64,000 bases of DNA from the IMG/VR virus record IMGVR_UViG_3300009681_000519, one strand, 5' to 3'. The translations under genes and the position numbers were made by a program. Source of the DNA: an uncultured virus (IMG/VR IMGVR_UViG_3300009681_000519) (lineage: Duplodnaviria > Heunggongvirae > Uroviricota > Caudoviricetes). Below, piece by piece: positions 39,407-48,744 of this stretch (positions are counted from its first letter, which is position 1; each line of letters begins with the position of its first letter). Under the pieces are notes generated by a model that saw only the letters and a program-made list of their open reading frames with translations, did not search any database and was not told the origin of the DNA.

Positions 39407-39496
39407 GCTTCGTGCGTCGAAGAGGTCGGGGCGACCGGCCCCTTCGACGCACGGCAACCCGCCCCCCTCGGCCGGGTTACCGTGCCGCAGCCCGTA

Positions 39497-41116
39497 TCAC
39501 TCGAACGGGATGTAGGGAAGCGGGGCCGGGGTCGTCGCGCGGCCCTGCGGCCACAGCAGCGCACCGGCCGCCCGCTGAATCTCATCCTCATCCCACGGGG
39601 AGGACTGCGGCTCCTCGTGCGCGAACCGCGTGAAGGCGTTGGCGACCGCCGCGCGGGTCACGATGCCGCGGTCGGTGCCGTCGGGGTTGCGGCGGGCCGA
39701 AGAATCGTCGGCGTCGAACTTCTGCACGAGCGAGGCGATGACATCGGCACGCTTCCGGCCGTTGAGCTTCACCGGCACGAGTTCGCGTTCGATGATGGCG
39801 TTGAACAGGCCGGGCAGGGCCGCCCGAATGTCGACCGCACCCGTGTCGGTCGTCGGCAGTTCGACCTCGGCCGCCTTCGCCGCGCGAGCAAGGGCGTCCT
39901 CGTGGCAGGCGTAGCCCCACTGACGCATGAACGGGCCGATCTTCTCAAGGACCGCATCGAACCCAGCACGGAACCGTTCGGCGAGCACCTCGACCGATCC
40001 GACGTGCCTGATGTTCGCCGTGTACTGCTTCGCCGTGTCGATGACGATGAGGTTGAGGCACAGGTTCTGAAACAGGGCCGCCGACACCCGGATGCTGCCC
40101 GTGCCGTCGTCGGCCGTTTCGACGATGGCGGCCGCCTTGAAGTACTCGCCCGCGACGTACTCCTCGGGCTGCACGTCGGAGTGGAACACGACCTCGAACC
40201 GTGCGCGAGTGCCGTCGTAGGTCACCGTTCCACGGGCGTCGGCCGGGGCCGCGAGGCGCAGAGCTTCGGCGATGCGGTCGACATCGAACGGCGTGTAGGA
40301 GTCCGACACGACCCCGAACGCCTCGACGCCCTTGCGGCCGTCGCGCACCCGCACCCTCGACATCGACACGGCGTCGGTGTGCCTGTCGGGGTTCGTCGCC
40401 GCGTCGGCCGCGTTGTCGGCGTCTTCGACCGTCTGAAGGTCGCGGCAGTGGTGGTTGATGTTGATGGCCCGCAGTTCCGGCTTGCACTTCGCGAGGTAGG
40501 TCGTGCCGCCGACACCGAGCCGATAGGTCAGGCCGTCGAGGCTGCGCCGGGTCATGAGGATGCGCTCGCCGTTCGGCATCACGAGCCGCCCGTCCTTGTC
40601 CATGCGCAGGGCACCCGTCCGCACGTCGACATCGCGCCGGTGTTCGTCGGCGATCTGCCCGATGAAGTCGGTGCAGTACTCGGCGACCGTCGGCTTGGCG
40701 TCGTGCTCGCACCGCGACCGCCGGGCGTTGTCGACGCCGGTGCTGTTGACGCGGGTGCCGCGGGTGAACAGCGGCTGCGCCGGGGCGAACCCGGAAGCGA
40801 TGGCCGTGTCGGTGTCGGTCATCGACCGGGCCTGCCCGACGATGCAGACGCGACCGGCCTCGACCGCGAGCGGGGCCGGGGTGGGGACCGCGATCGTCGC
40901 GACCGGGGCGGGTGCCGGGGCCGCGGCCGGTGCGGGCATCGGGGCCGCGGCCGCGAGCGGCAGCACCTGGGGCACGCCACCGCCGTGCTTCGCGATCAGC
41001 TCCTCGCAGATGCCCTGATACGTGTCGACCGTCGCAAGGCGGGTCTCGCCGTTCAAGGTGACCGAGTGGGTCGGAGTCGCGTTCGTCGTGTTCGAGGTCG
41101 GGGTCGTGTTCATCAT
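39497..41116 (-). CDS. DUF932-like phage protein
   Basis: FGVVSDSYTPFD, TADDGTGSIRV, QNLCLNL, IRHVG pattern; AGGAG RBS. Confidence 0.65.
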   Translation of the reverse strand: MMNTTPTSNTTNATPTHSVTLNGETRLATVDTYQGICEELIAKHGGGVPQVLPLAAAAPMPAPAAAPAPAPVATIAVPTPAPLAVEAGRVCIVGQARSMTDTDTAIASGFAPAQPLFTRGTRVNSTGVDNARRSRCEHDAKPTVAEYCTDFIGQIADEHRRDVDVRTGALRMDKDGRLVMPNGERILMTRRSLDGLTYRLGVGGTTYLAKCKPELRAININHHCRDLQTVEDADNAADAATNPDRHTDAVSMSRVRVRDGRKGVEAFGVVSDSYTPFDVDRIAEALRLAAPADARGTVTYDGTRARFEVVFHSDVQPEEYVAGEYFKAAAIVETADDGTGSIRVSAALFQNLCLNLIVIDTAKQYTANIRHVGSVEVLAERFRAGFDAVLEKIGPFMRQWGYACHEDALARAAKAAEVELPTTDTGAVDIRAALPGLFNAIIERELVPVKLNGRKRADVIASLVQKFDADDSSARRNPDGTDRGIVTRAAVANAFTRFAHEEPQSSPWDEDEIQRAAGALLWPQGRATTPAPLPYIPFE

Positions 41117-41275
41117 CGTCGTGTTCTCCTGTTCGTCGGTTGCGTCGTCGGCATCGGGTGCGTTGCGCGCACCCCGTACACAGATAAGGCGAAAGAACTG
41201 TGCCGACTCACCCAGAAATCGTCATCGGGCCGATCTTTAGTGTGAGCGGGTGCGAGCCTTTTGCAGCACACCTGT

Positions 41276-41554
41276 TCAACGGAGGTTCTTTCGTGTTGCT
41301 GCCAGCCAATCGGGCTCACGTCGCATGTTCCGCTCGACCCACGCGAGGCGGGCCGCGTCGATGACCGGCCACAGGTTAGCGGCCCTCACGATGCGGTACA
41401 ACTGCCACCGCGACAGCCCGACCTCATGCGCGGCCCGGCACACGTTGCCACCCGTCCGGTCAATCGCGTCGATGACCTCGGCGAGGGCGTCGGCACGGTC
41501 CTGCGCATCCCCACGGAAGAACGCCCGGCCGACGACAGTCACCCGGTAGGTCAT
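41276..41554 (-). CDS. Fis-type HTH protein
   Basis: AIDRTGGNVCRAAHEVGLSRWQLYRIV. Confidence 0.75.
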   Translation of the reverse strand: MTYRVTVVGRAFFRGDAQDRADALAEVIDAIDRTGGNVCRAAHEVGLSRWQLYRIVRAANLWPVIDAARLAWVERNMRREPDWLAATRKNLR

Positions 41555-42516
41555 GCACACCCCTCGATTGCCGCCGCGAGCACGTCGACCGGTAGATCGG
41601 CGCAGTCCTTCCCCTCGGGTATCGGCACCCGCACGACCCGCGCCCACCGCCCGAGCGCGGCCTTGAGGTCGGCGAACAGCTTGTTGCCCGCCTTGTCGGG
41701 GTCGGATGCCACGAGCACGTGGGGGAACGTGCTCAGCCGCGCAACATGCCCAGGTTGCAGGTTCGACCCGCGCACCGACCCGAACGGTGGCGGCGTGTTG
41801 AACGCCGGGCACACGTCGATGGCCCGCTCGACCGCCAATCCGTTGATGGCCCCCTCGGTCACGATGACCGTGTGCCGGGCCGCCGGGTCGGGCCACCACT
41901 CCTCGCCGAACACGGCACCCGGCTCGTAGCCGTCGGCCGACGACGGTTCGAGGTATCGCTTCTCGTCGTCGATGAACGTGCGGGCCGTGTACCCGATGAC
42001 CCGATGCCGCGCATCGCGCACCGGAAACACGATACGCCCGCGCAGCTTGCCGTCGACCGCGTACCCGATGCCCCACCGCTCGACCTGCTGCTCCGTGATT
42101 CCGCGGCTCACGATGTACCGCCGGGCCGGTGTCACCCATGCTCCAAGTGGCCCGAACGTGCACCCGGCGGGCAACGTGCACCCACCGACCCGCGAGGGCG
42201 TCGGAACGATCTCGACCCGCATCGGAATGGGGGGCGGGCCGCCGACGAGCCCGTGCGTCTCAAGTATCGCCTGCGCCTCCTTCCACCCGACGCCGAGCTT
42301 GTCAGCCACAAGACCGACCGCGTTGCCCTTCGCCCCGCACCCGAAGCACCGCCACAGCCCGTGTTCGAGGTCGTCGGCGTTGTCGTGGATCTGCCACGAC
42401 GGTTCGCGCTCCTCGTGGAAGGGACAGCACGCCCACCATTCCGACCCGCGGCGTCGACCCTTGATGCCGAGGAACGCGAGCAGCGCGGCAACGTCAACCG
42501 GCCTTCGGCGGGTCAT
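41551..42516 (-). CDS. dnaG: DnaG-like primase (CHC2 zinc finger + TOPRIM)
   Basis: CPFHEEREPS…CFGC, RIVFP, TEGAIN, DPDKAG, KDCAD. Confidence 0.9.
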   Translation of the reverse strand: MTRRRPVDVAALLAFLGIKGRRRGSEWWACCPFHEEREPSWQIHDNADDLEHGLWRCFGCGAKGNAVGLVADKLGVGWKEAQAILETHGLVGGPPPIPMRVEIVPTPSRVGGCTLPAGCTFGPLGAWVTPARRYIVSRGITEQQVERWGIGYAVDGKLRGRIVFPVRDARHRVIGYTARTFIDDEKRYLEPSSADGYEPGAVFGEEWWPDPAARHTVIVTEGAINGLAVERAIDVCPAFNTPPPFGSVRGSNLQPGHVARLSTFPHVLVASDPDKAGNKLFADLKAALGRWARVVRVPIPEGKDCADLPVDVLAAAIEGCA

Positions 42517-42916
42517 CGGCACCGGCCCCCTTCACCACCCCGGTCGGCTCGAAGTCGCCGTCGCGGTCCTCGACCGGCACGAGGTCGCGCGGAATGTCGC
42601 CCGCGGCTTCGGCGATTCGTAGCGACCAGTCCGCATCGCTGTCGCTGAGCCGGTGGGCATGTTCGACCGCCCGCGCGACCGTGAGCCGCCACGCCCGCAC
42701 CAGCAACTCGGTTCGCCCGAGCATAAGCACGGCCCCGATGAGCACGAGCACCCGCTTGTCGAGCTTGACGCGCAGCCCGTCCCATTGCGTGCCCGACCGG
42801 TCGCGCGTCGGGTCGTAGTCGAGCAGCTCATCGCGTAGGTCGAGCAATTCCTTCATCGCCCGGTTGCCGACCGTTCCGGGGAGCATCCCTTGCGTCCTCA
42901 CGTCACCGTTTGCCAC
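42494..42916 (-). CDS. Hypothetical phage protein
   Basis: AAGGGGG RBS before GTG; MANGDVRTQG…. Confidence 0.55.
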   Translation of the reverse strand: MANGDVRTQGMLPGTVGNRAMKELLDLRDELLDYDPTRDRSGTQWDGLRVKLDKRVLVLIGAVLMLGRTELLVRAWRLTVARAVEHAHRLSDSDADWSLRIAEAAGDIPRDLVPVEDRDGDFEPTGVVKGAGADDPPKAG

Positions 42917-44384
42917 GTCGGCCCCCTTTCTTCGGTGCCATCTCGCCGATGAAGTTGTCGACCTCGGCTGTCTGCCCCGGCTGCTGGTAGTCGACCGACC
43001 GCCCGTGCCGAATCGACCCCTCCTCGGGCTTCCAGTCGAACTCGACAGCAAGCGGCCACGGGCCGTGCCGTTGCTTGAGCACGAGCACCGCCAGCGACGT
43101 GTCGGGCACGTTCTTCCACAACGCCGGGCGGTGCACCCCGAGGATCGTGTCGGGCACCTCGACCCACGCACCCGACCCCTTGAGGCCTTCGCGCGTCGGC
43201 TGCTTGTCCTCGCGCTGTTCAACGTCCTTGAGGCGTTGCTGGTGCAACAGGATGCAATGGCACCGCGTTTCCTGCGCGATTGCCTGCTGCCGGTACAACG
43301 CCGCCTCCTCCTCGTCGGGGTCGAATTGCCGCACCGCCCGTCGCCACAGGTCGGCCACGAACACGTCGGCACCGGTGTCGGCAATGTAGGCGTGGATGAG
43401 GTCGAGGTTCTCGTCGTTGATGCCGCGCTTACCCCGCTCCCGGCCGAACGGCAGCTCGAAGAACCGCACCCACTCGGCGAGCCGTTCGGCCTCGCCGACG
43501 ACCGCATCGCGCTCCTCCTGCGTGATGGCCCCTTCGACGAACGCCGCCCGCGACAACCCGAGGGACTGGATCGCCATGAGTTCGAGCGTCATGCGCGACC
43601 CCTGCTCCCATGCCCCGAACAGCACCCGGCGGCCCATGTTCGCCTGCGCGACCGCGATGGCCGTCGTGAACGTCGTCTTGCCACCGCCCGACAGCCCCGT
43701 GATGACCGTGACTTGCCCCGGTGCCGCACCGGGCGTGAGCCGATGCCGCCCCGCGTTCGGGTGCCCGTCCTCGTACACGTCGAGGCCGTCGATGCCGTAG
43801 GGGAAGCACGCCACGCCGGTTCGCCGCCGGTCGATGTCGGCCGCCATCTCCTTGACCAGCTCGCGCGGGTCGCGCAAGTACTTCAACCCGGTCAGCCCGA
43901 ACGATGCCGCGACCTGCCGACCGAGCGCACGCACCCGGTCGGGGTCGGCCGTCGGGTCGCGCAACGCTTCGAGCAACGACCCGACCGGGCCGCGGACCGC
44001 CTCGAGCCGAGTGCGATCCCATTCCAGCATCTCGACATGGTGCTTGAGGTTCGGTGGGCTCGCCGGGCGGGCCTCGACGAGCCGCACGAGGTAGTCGGCA
44101 TCGACCGCACCGCCCGCGAGCTGTTGCACCGTCGCCGGGTCGAACTGCAACTGCCGCCGTTCGAGGTCGGCGATGACGCGCCATGCGTCGGCGTGCCCCT
44201 TGCCGACGAACGCATCGGGCGGGAGCCGCGTCACGAGCCACTTGCGCGCCTTCGGGTCGACGAGCGCCGCGGCAATCACCACCTGTTCGTTCACCGTGTC
44301 GTGGGGGATCTGCAACGCCGGGTCGGCCGCCGTTCGCCTCACGGATGATCGATCATCCGTGCTTGCCTCGCTTCGCCGCCTCAT
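42903..44384 (-). CDS. dnaB: DnaB-like replicative helicase
   Basis: PHDTVNEQVVIAA N-terminus, GLSGGGKTT, HQQR, LKGSGAW, LKQRHGP. Confidence 0.9.
   Translation of the reverse strand: MRRRSEASTDDRSSVRRTAADPALQIPHDTVNEQVVIAAALVDPKARKWLVTRLPPDAFVGKGHADAWRVIADLERRQLQFDPATVQQLAGGAVDADYLVRLVEARPASPPNLKHHVEMLEWDRTRLEAVRGPVGSLLEALRDPTADPDRVRALGRQVAASFGLTGLKYLRDPRELVKEMAADIDRRRTGVACFPYGIDGLDVYEDGHPNAGRHRLTPGAAPGQVTVITGLSGGGKTTFTTAIAVAQANMGRRVLFGAWEQGSRMTLELMAIQSLGLSRAAFVEGAITQEERDAVVGEAERLAEWVRFFELPFGRERGKRGINDENLDLIHAYIADTGADVFVADLWRRAVRQFDPDEEEAALYRQQAIAQETRCHCILLHQQRLKDVEQREDKQPTREGLKGSGAWVEVPDTILGVHRPALWKNVPDTSLAVLVLKQRHGPWPLAVEFDWKPEEGSIRHGRSVDYQQPGQTAEVDNFIGEMAPKKGGRRGKR
44341..44360. repeat. 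Dispersed 20-bp palindrome, copy 6 (5' end of dnaB)
   Basis: Exact copy; TDDRSSV. Confidence 0.95.
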
Positions 44385-44629
44385 TCGTTCACCTCCGTCG
44401 CCGATGCCGACGGCACCCGCGGCAATGTCCGGTCGTAGGGCAACACCCGCAGCGTCGTCTTGATGAGGTCGCGACCGACAAGCTGCGCGAGTTCGATCGT
44501 GCCGCGGGTCGGCGACCGCCACCAACGCCACCACCGCCAGACCTGCCACCACCGCGGTTCATGCACGACGAACAGCTCGCCGCGCGTGCCGCCGAGCACG
44601 AACCCGTCGAGTTGGTGCCGCCGGTTCAT
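44381..44629 (-). CDS. Small Trp/Arg-rich hypothetical protein
   Basis: Start/stop overlaps on both sides; PRWWQVWRWWRWWR. Confidence 0.5.
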   Translation of the reverse strand: MNRRHQLDGFVLGGTRGELFVVHEPRWWQVWRWWRWWRSPTRGTIELAQLVGRDLIKTTLRVLPYDRTLPRVPSASATEVNE

Positions 44630-45096
44630 CGGGCGTGCCCTCGCACGACATCAACGCGGTAGTCGGTGAGCATCGCCTTGCTGCCGAACTGCGCCCGCCA
44701 CGTGAGCCGCCAATCGGTGTCGCGACCGGCCGTCGTCGACCGCTTCACCCGCGCCCACGACCACGCCATGAACTCGACGCACCGCTTCGCGTCGCCGCCG
44801 AACTCCCCCTTGACGAGCCGGTCAGCCGCACCGATTGCCGCGAGCATCGTCTCCTCGGTGAACAGCTCGGCCGGTTCAACGTGGTAGATCTCGGTGTGCA
44901 GCCACACGTAAAGGGCGACGAGGTGCTTGCCCTTCGCCTCGGTCCAGTTCCCGGTACGCCGCATCTCCTCCATCGCCGGGGTCGCGTGCGCGATGATCTC
45001 GCGCGGGGTCGGGTGTCGCCGCTTTGACTTCGGCTTGACCGATGCGACCGCCGCATCGAGCACGTCGGCCGCGTCGGGGTACTTCAATCGCCGCAT
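44626..45096 (-). CDS. Hypothetical protein in the replication cluster
   Basis: MRRLKYPD…; AAGGGGG RBS. Confidence 0.6.
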   Translation of the reverse strand: MRRLKYPDAADVLDAAVASVKPKSKRRHPTPREIIAHATPAMEEMRRTGNWTEAKGKHLVALYVWLHTEIYHVEPAELFTEETMLAAIGAADRLVKGEFGGDAKRCVEFMAWSWARVKRSTTAGRDTDWRLTWRAQFGSKAMLTDYRVDVVRGHAR

Positions 45097-45097
45097 G

Positions 45098-45685
45098 TCA
45101 TCGACCCCCTTTCATCGCCCGTGCGCCGTCGGCCGCCCGGCGCACCCGTTCGAGGTACGCTGGCAGCTTCTCGGCGAAGTCGGCGTCGGCGATGCGTTGC
45201 AGCTTCGCACGCACCCGCAACACCGCCTGCTCGACCGTCTCGCCGGGGCGCAACCGCGTCGTCGCCGTGTACGGGCCGACCTCGAACACGTGGAACTGCA
45301 CCGGCGAGAACCCCTCCTTGCCCCACGTCACCGTCACCGACTCGATGTCGGGGTCGGCCGAATCGGCTCGCGCACGCCGCGCGGCGTCGGCCCGATGCAA
45401 CGCATCGGCGACCTCGGCACACCGGGCGGGCGGTGCCGCGTCGAGGTACTCGGGCGGGGTCGGTGCCGCGTCGAGGTACTCGGGCGGGGTCGGTGCCGCG
45501 TCGAGGTACTCGGGCGGGGTCGGTGCCGCGTTCGCCGCCGGGCCGTTCGGCTCACCGTACCCGTGCCCGTTACAACACGTCCACCCCGACCCCGGAGCGT
45601 GGAACTGAGGCGCACCGCAGTCAGGGCACCGATTCACCCCGCCCGCATCGGTTGTCGTTGCCGCCGCATCGCTTCGCCGCCTCAT
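45098..45685 (-). CDS. Hypothetical protein with zinc ribbon and 10-aa repeats
   Basis: CPDC…CCNGH; (APTPPEYLDA)x3. Confidence 0.6.
   Translation of the reverse strand: MRRRSDAAATTTDAGGVNRCPDCGAPQFHAPGSGWTCCNGHGYGEPNGPAANAAPTPPEYLDAAPTPPEYLDAAPTPPEYLDAAPPARCAEVADALHRADAARRARADSADPDIESVTVTWGKEGFSPVQFHVFEVGPYTATTRLRPGETVEQAVLRVRAKLQRIADADFAEKLPAYLERVRRAADGARAMKGGR
45431..45530. repeat. 30-bp perfect tandem repeat (3.3 copies)
   Basis: cggtgccgcgtcgaggtactcgggcggggt x3 + cggtgccgcg. Confidence 0.95.
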
Positions 45686-47214
45686 CGTTCGACCTCCTTC
45701 AGCCACTCCCGTGCATCAACCCACTCGTCGCCGTCACGCATGACGACCCGCCGATTCCACCGGCATAGATTCCGCAACGGCTCAAGACCGTACACCGCCC
45801 GGTCGAGCAGGTAGTAGATTCGTGCGCCTTGCTTGCCGGTTGCGTCATCGCGTCGGCACAACCGACCCCGCACTTGCTTGAAGAACGAACGGCCGTCGCG
45901 CGAGTTCGCGATCGGCGAGCAGCACACCCCGACCCCGACCGATGGTAGGTCGATGCCCTGCCCGATCGCCTGATAGGTGCCCGCCGCGGCACGCAACGAT
46001 CCGTCGAGCAGCGCGTGCAACGTGCGGTTGTACTCGTCGTCGTCGCCGCCGAGCATGAGCCCGCACCGAACATGGCGTGCCGACAGGTCGGCATCGAGCC
46101 GTCGGCAATGTTCGCGCCGGTGCGACATCATCACGACCTGCTCACCGGCCGCGACCTCCGATGCTGCAAGCTCGACCGATAGCGCAGCACGCCGCGGGTC
46201 GGTCATCATGTCCTCCACGAGCTTGTCGAACGCGAGCAACCGTTCCTTCACGAGCGACTGAGACATCGGCACGTCGTCGTCGCGTGCCCGCTTCTCGGCA
46301 TCGCGCACCCGCGCCTGTAGGTCGTCGTACCAGTCCGACGTGAAGTCGGTCGGCACGACCCGCACCTCGACATCGTGCACGACTCCCTGCGCCACGAGGT
46401 CGTCCTGGTCAATGTCCACCGCGATGTCGCCGAACGCATCGTAGATGAGGAACTGCTTGCGATCCTTGCGCCGTTCGTCGGCCGACACGCCGATGCGATA
46501 CCGGGCGGGCAACCGGTCGATGCACTCGAAGAACGTCGACGCCGCGAACCGCTGAAGCTCGTCGGCGATGACGACCCCGAACGTCGACGCAATGCGCCCG
46601 GTGTGCTTCACGAGCGATTGCTGCATTCCGATCGTGAGCGGCCGAATCCGGTGCGTGCCACCGCCGATGATGCCGACCTCATCCTCGGTGAGCCCCAGTT
46701 CGGCGACCGCCCGGCGCACCCACTGGTCGAGCAACCCGCCGGTCCACACGATGACCAACGTCGGCAAGTCGAGCCGCGATGCGAGCGCGAGCATCGCCGT
46801 CGTCTTGCCCGAACCCGTCGGCGCACGCACGACGCAGTTCTGCACCCGCATCGCCTCCTCGACGATCGTCTCCTGGTAGTCGCGCAACACGACCCGATGC
46901 CGCGGGATGCCCCGTGGTCCATCGCCGTCGATGCGGTTGTCGACGATACGCCGGGCGATGCCGAACTCCTCGAACACCGCACGCAACCGACCGATGCCGC
47001 CGCGCGGGAACGTCATCCACTCGCCGTCGTACCGGCACGACGCGATGGTCTTCGGTTCCCGGTACAACGCCGGGCCTTTCAACCCGAGCCGCTTCAGCTT
47101 CTCGTGCATCGGGTTGTCGTGGGTGAACTCGACCCGCAACCGTTCGACGACCTCGGCCGGGAGGTCGGTCGTGCGAACCCGCAACCGGCTGTCCACTTCG
47201 ATGATGGTCTGCAT
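45682..47214 (-). CDS. Superfamily 2 helicase (UvsW/XPB-like)
   Basis: LRDYQ, APTGSGKT, ADELQ, GVSA, QGIDLP, QVRGRLCR. Confidence 0.9.
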   Translation of the reverse strand: MQTIIEVDSRLRVRTTDLPAEVVERLRVEFTHDNPMHEKLKRLGLKGPALYREPKTIASCRYDGEWMTFPRGGIGRLRAVFEEFGIARRIVDNRIDGDGPRGIPRHRVVLRDYQETIVEEAMRVQNCVVRAPTGSGKTTAMLALASRLDLPTLVIVWTGGLLDQWVRRAVAELGLTEDEVGIIGGGTHRIRPLTIGMQQSLVKHTGRIASTFGVVIADELQRFAASTFFECIDRLPARYRIGVSADERRKDRKQFLIYDAFGDIAVDIDQDDLVAQGVVHDVEVRVVPTDFTSDWYDDLQARVRDAEKRARDDDVPMSQSLVKERLLAFDKLVEDMMTDPRRAALSVELAASEVAAGEQVVMMSHRREHCRRLDADLSARHVRCGLMLGGDDDEYNRTLHALLDGSLRAAAGTYQAIGQGIDLPSVGVGVCCSPIANSRDGRSFFKQVRGRLCRRDDATGKQGARIYYLLDRAVYGLEPLRNLCRWNRRVVMRDGDEWVDAREWLKEVER

Positions 47215-47238
47215 GCCACCCATCATGCCGCGGCTCCC

Positions 47239-47258
47239 ACGGATGATCGATCATCCGT
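47239..47258. repeat. Dispersed 20-bp palindrome, copy 7
   Basis: Exact copy just upstream of the SF2 helicase -10 motif. Confidence 0.95.
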
Positions 47259-47488
47259 CACGGCATGACGGCACGCCTTCGCCCCTCATCAACCCGTCAC
47301 CGGTCGACGCCGCGCACCGCGCGGCGGGCACAATCGCGAGGCCGCAGGCCGAGCGATTGTGCGAGAGATCAAGGGATCTCAGTAACTCCCACCCGCGAAC
47401 CGCCCCCTACCCTACACGTAGCGGTTACGTTGGCGCAAGACTGCCACAACGATTCGATGCGCGGGTCGCGCGGCGGTACACTCGACGC

Positions 47489-48238
47489 ATGACCGACCTA
47501 CTTCGTGTGCACCTCAAGGACCATCCGTGTGCCGACATCCTCGACCCCGACATCGTGCGCGAGGCGATCGTCGCCATCGCCCGGTTCGCGTGCGACGATG
47601 ACCGCGGCCGCGTCAAGGGCGACTACGTGTTCGAGCGCGTCACCGAAGGGCGGCAGTCGTGCTGGGTCGTGAACGGCAAGCAACGGTGCTACTCCGGTTG
47701 TGGCGACCTCGCGCAGTTCGTGCTGTGGCTCGCCGCCGGTGCCGAACGGTACACCGACCCCGCCGTGCGCCGGGCGATGCGGTACACGAACCGCGCGGAG
47801 GCATGGGGGTGGAAGCAGGGGTGGAACATCTCGATGCTCGACGGGTTCGTGCCGTCGGGGTCGAAGTTGCGGCACCGGCCGGGCGACAAGCTCGCCGCGC
47901 GGCCGGGCGATCTGCTGCTCATCGGGGAGGGCGGGCAGGAACACATCATGGTCGTGCGCGACATCGCCGCCGGGCGGCTCACGTCGCTCGACTACGGGCA
48001 GTTCTTCGACGGCAAGCACGGCGGTCGGCAATGCGTGCGGACGCTGCGCAAGGGGCCGGATGGTCGGCTGTGGGCGTTCTCGACGACACCGCCGGGCCGC
48101 CCCATCGTGTGGTCGATCGACACCGGGTCGGTGCTTCGCACCGTGAGCGGCACCGGGGCGTTGTTGCCCGCCGTCGTGCCCGCCCCGTTCGACAAGGGCA
48201 TCGTCGACGACAACCCGTACTTCGACCCCTACCTGTGA
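47489..48238 (+). CDS. Putative NlpC/P60/CHAP-like amidase (candidate endolysin)
   Basis: YSGCGDLA (Cys) … PGDLLLI…EHIMVV (His); TACACT-N6-ATG; close to holin-like genes. Confidence 0.5.
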   Translation: MTDLLRVHLKDHPCADILDPDIVREAIVAIARFACDDDRGRVKGDYVFERVTEGRQSCWVVNGKQRCYSGCGDLAQFVLWLAAGAERYTDPAVRRAMRYTNRAEAWGWKQGWNISMLDGFVPSGSKLRHRPGDKLAARPGDLLLIGEGGQEHIMVVRDIAAGRLTSLDYGQFFDGKHGGRQCVRTLRKGPDGRLWAFSTTPPGRPIVWSIDTGSVLRTVSGTGALLPAVVPAPFDKGIVDDNPYFDPYL

Positions 48239-48239
48239 A

Positions 48240-48740
48240 CTACTCGAACCGCGGCATGGGCTGCCCTTGCGTCGCGAACGCGAGCACGTAGGCACGCGGG
48301 TCGTCAGGGCGGAACCCGCCCGGCATGTCCCACCACACGTTGAGCTGCTGTGCCGCGGTCACGATGTCGAGCGGCACCCGAATGTCGAACGTCCACTCGC
48401 ACAGCAACGCCCCCTCGCCCTTCGTCGCCGAGTGCACCGATGCCCGGTCAACGGTGTCGGTCATCCAGGGGGCGGGCACTTCCCAATCGGCCCGTCGCGC
48501 GGTCACGACCGACGTGAACGGCGGGCCGAGCAGCCGCACCGTCGTCAGGATGCGCAACCGCCGGATGCGCGGCAACACCTCGTCGTCGAACGTGGGGGAC
48601 TCGAACCGGATGCGGCTCGCATCGTAGCCGAGCACCCGCATCGGCACGCCGACCCCGAACCGCTCGACGTTCCACACCGCGTCGCGTGTGAACCGCGCGG
48701 CGGGGAACGTCTTGCTTGACACGATGAGCGGTGCGGGCAT
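48240..48740 (-). CDS. Hypothetical phage protein
   Basis: GC3-biased ORF ending the late operon. Confidence 0.5.
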   Translation of the reverse strand: MPAPLIVSSKTFPAARFTRDAVWNVERFGVGVPMRVLGYDASRIRFESPTFDDEVLPRIRRLRILTTVRLLGPPFTSVVTARRADWEVPAPWMTDTVDRASVHSATKGEGALLCEWTFDIRVPLDIVTAAQQLNVWWDMPGGFRPDDPRAYVLAFATQGQPMPRFE

Positions 48741-48744
48741 CGGG

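Noticed and set aside
45431..45530. Possible CRISPR array (also considered for the dispersed 20-bp palindromes)
   Set aside because: The tandem repeats have no spacers, the palindromes are kilobases apart, and no cas genes are present.
47260..47480. tRNA or ncRNA in the divergent intergenic region
   Set aside because: I could not recognise a cloverleaf or known RNA motif by eye; a tRNAscan/Infernal run would be needed.
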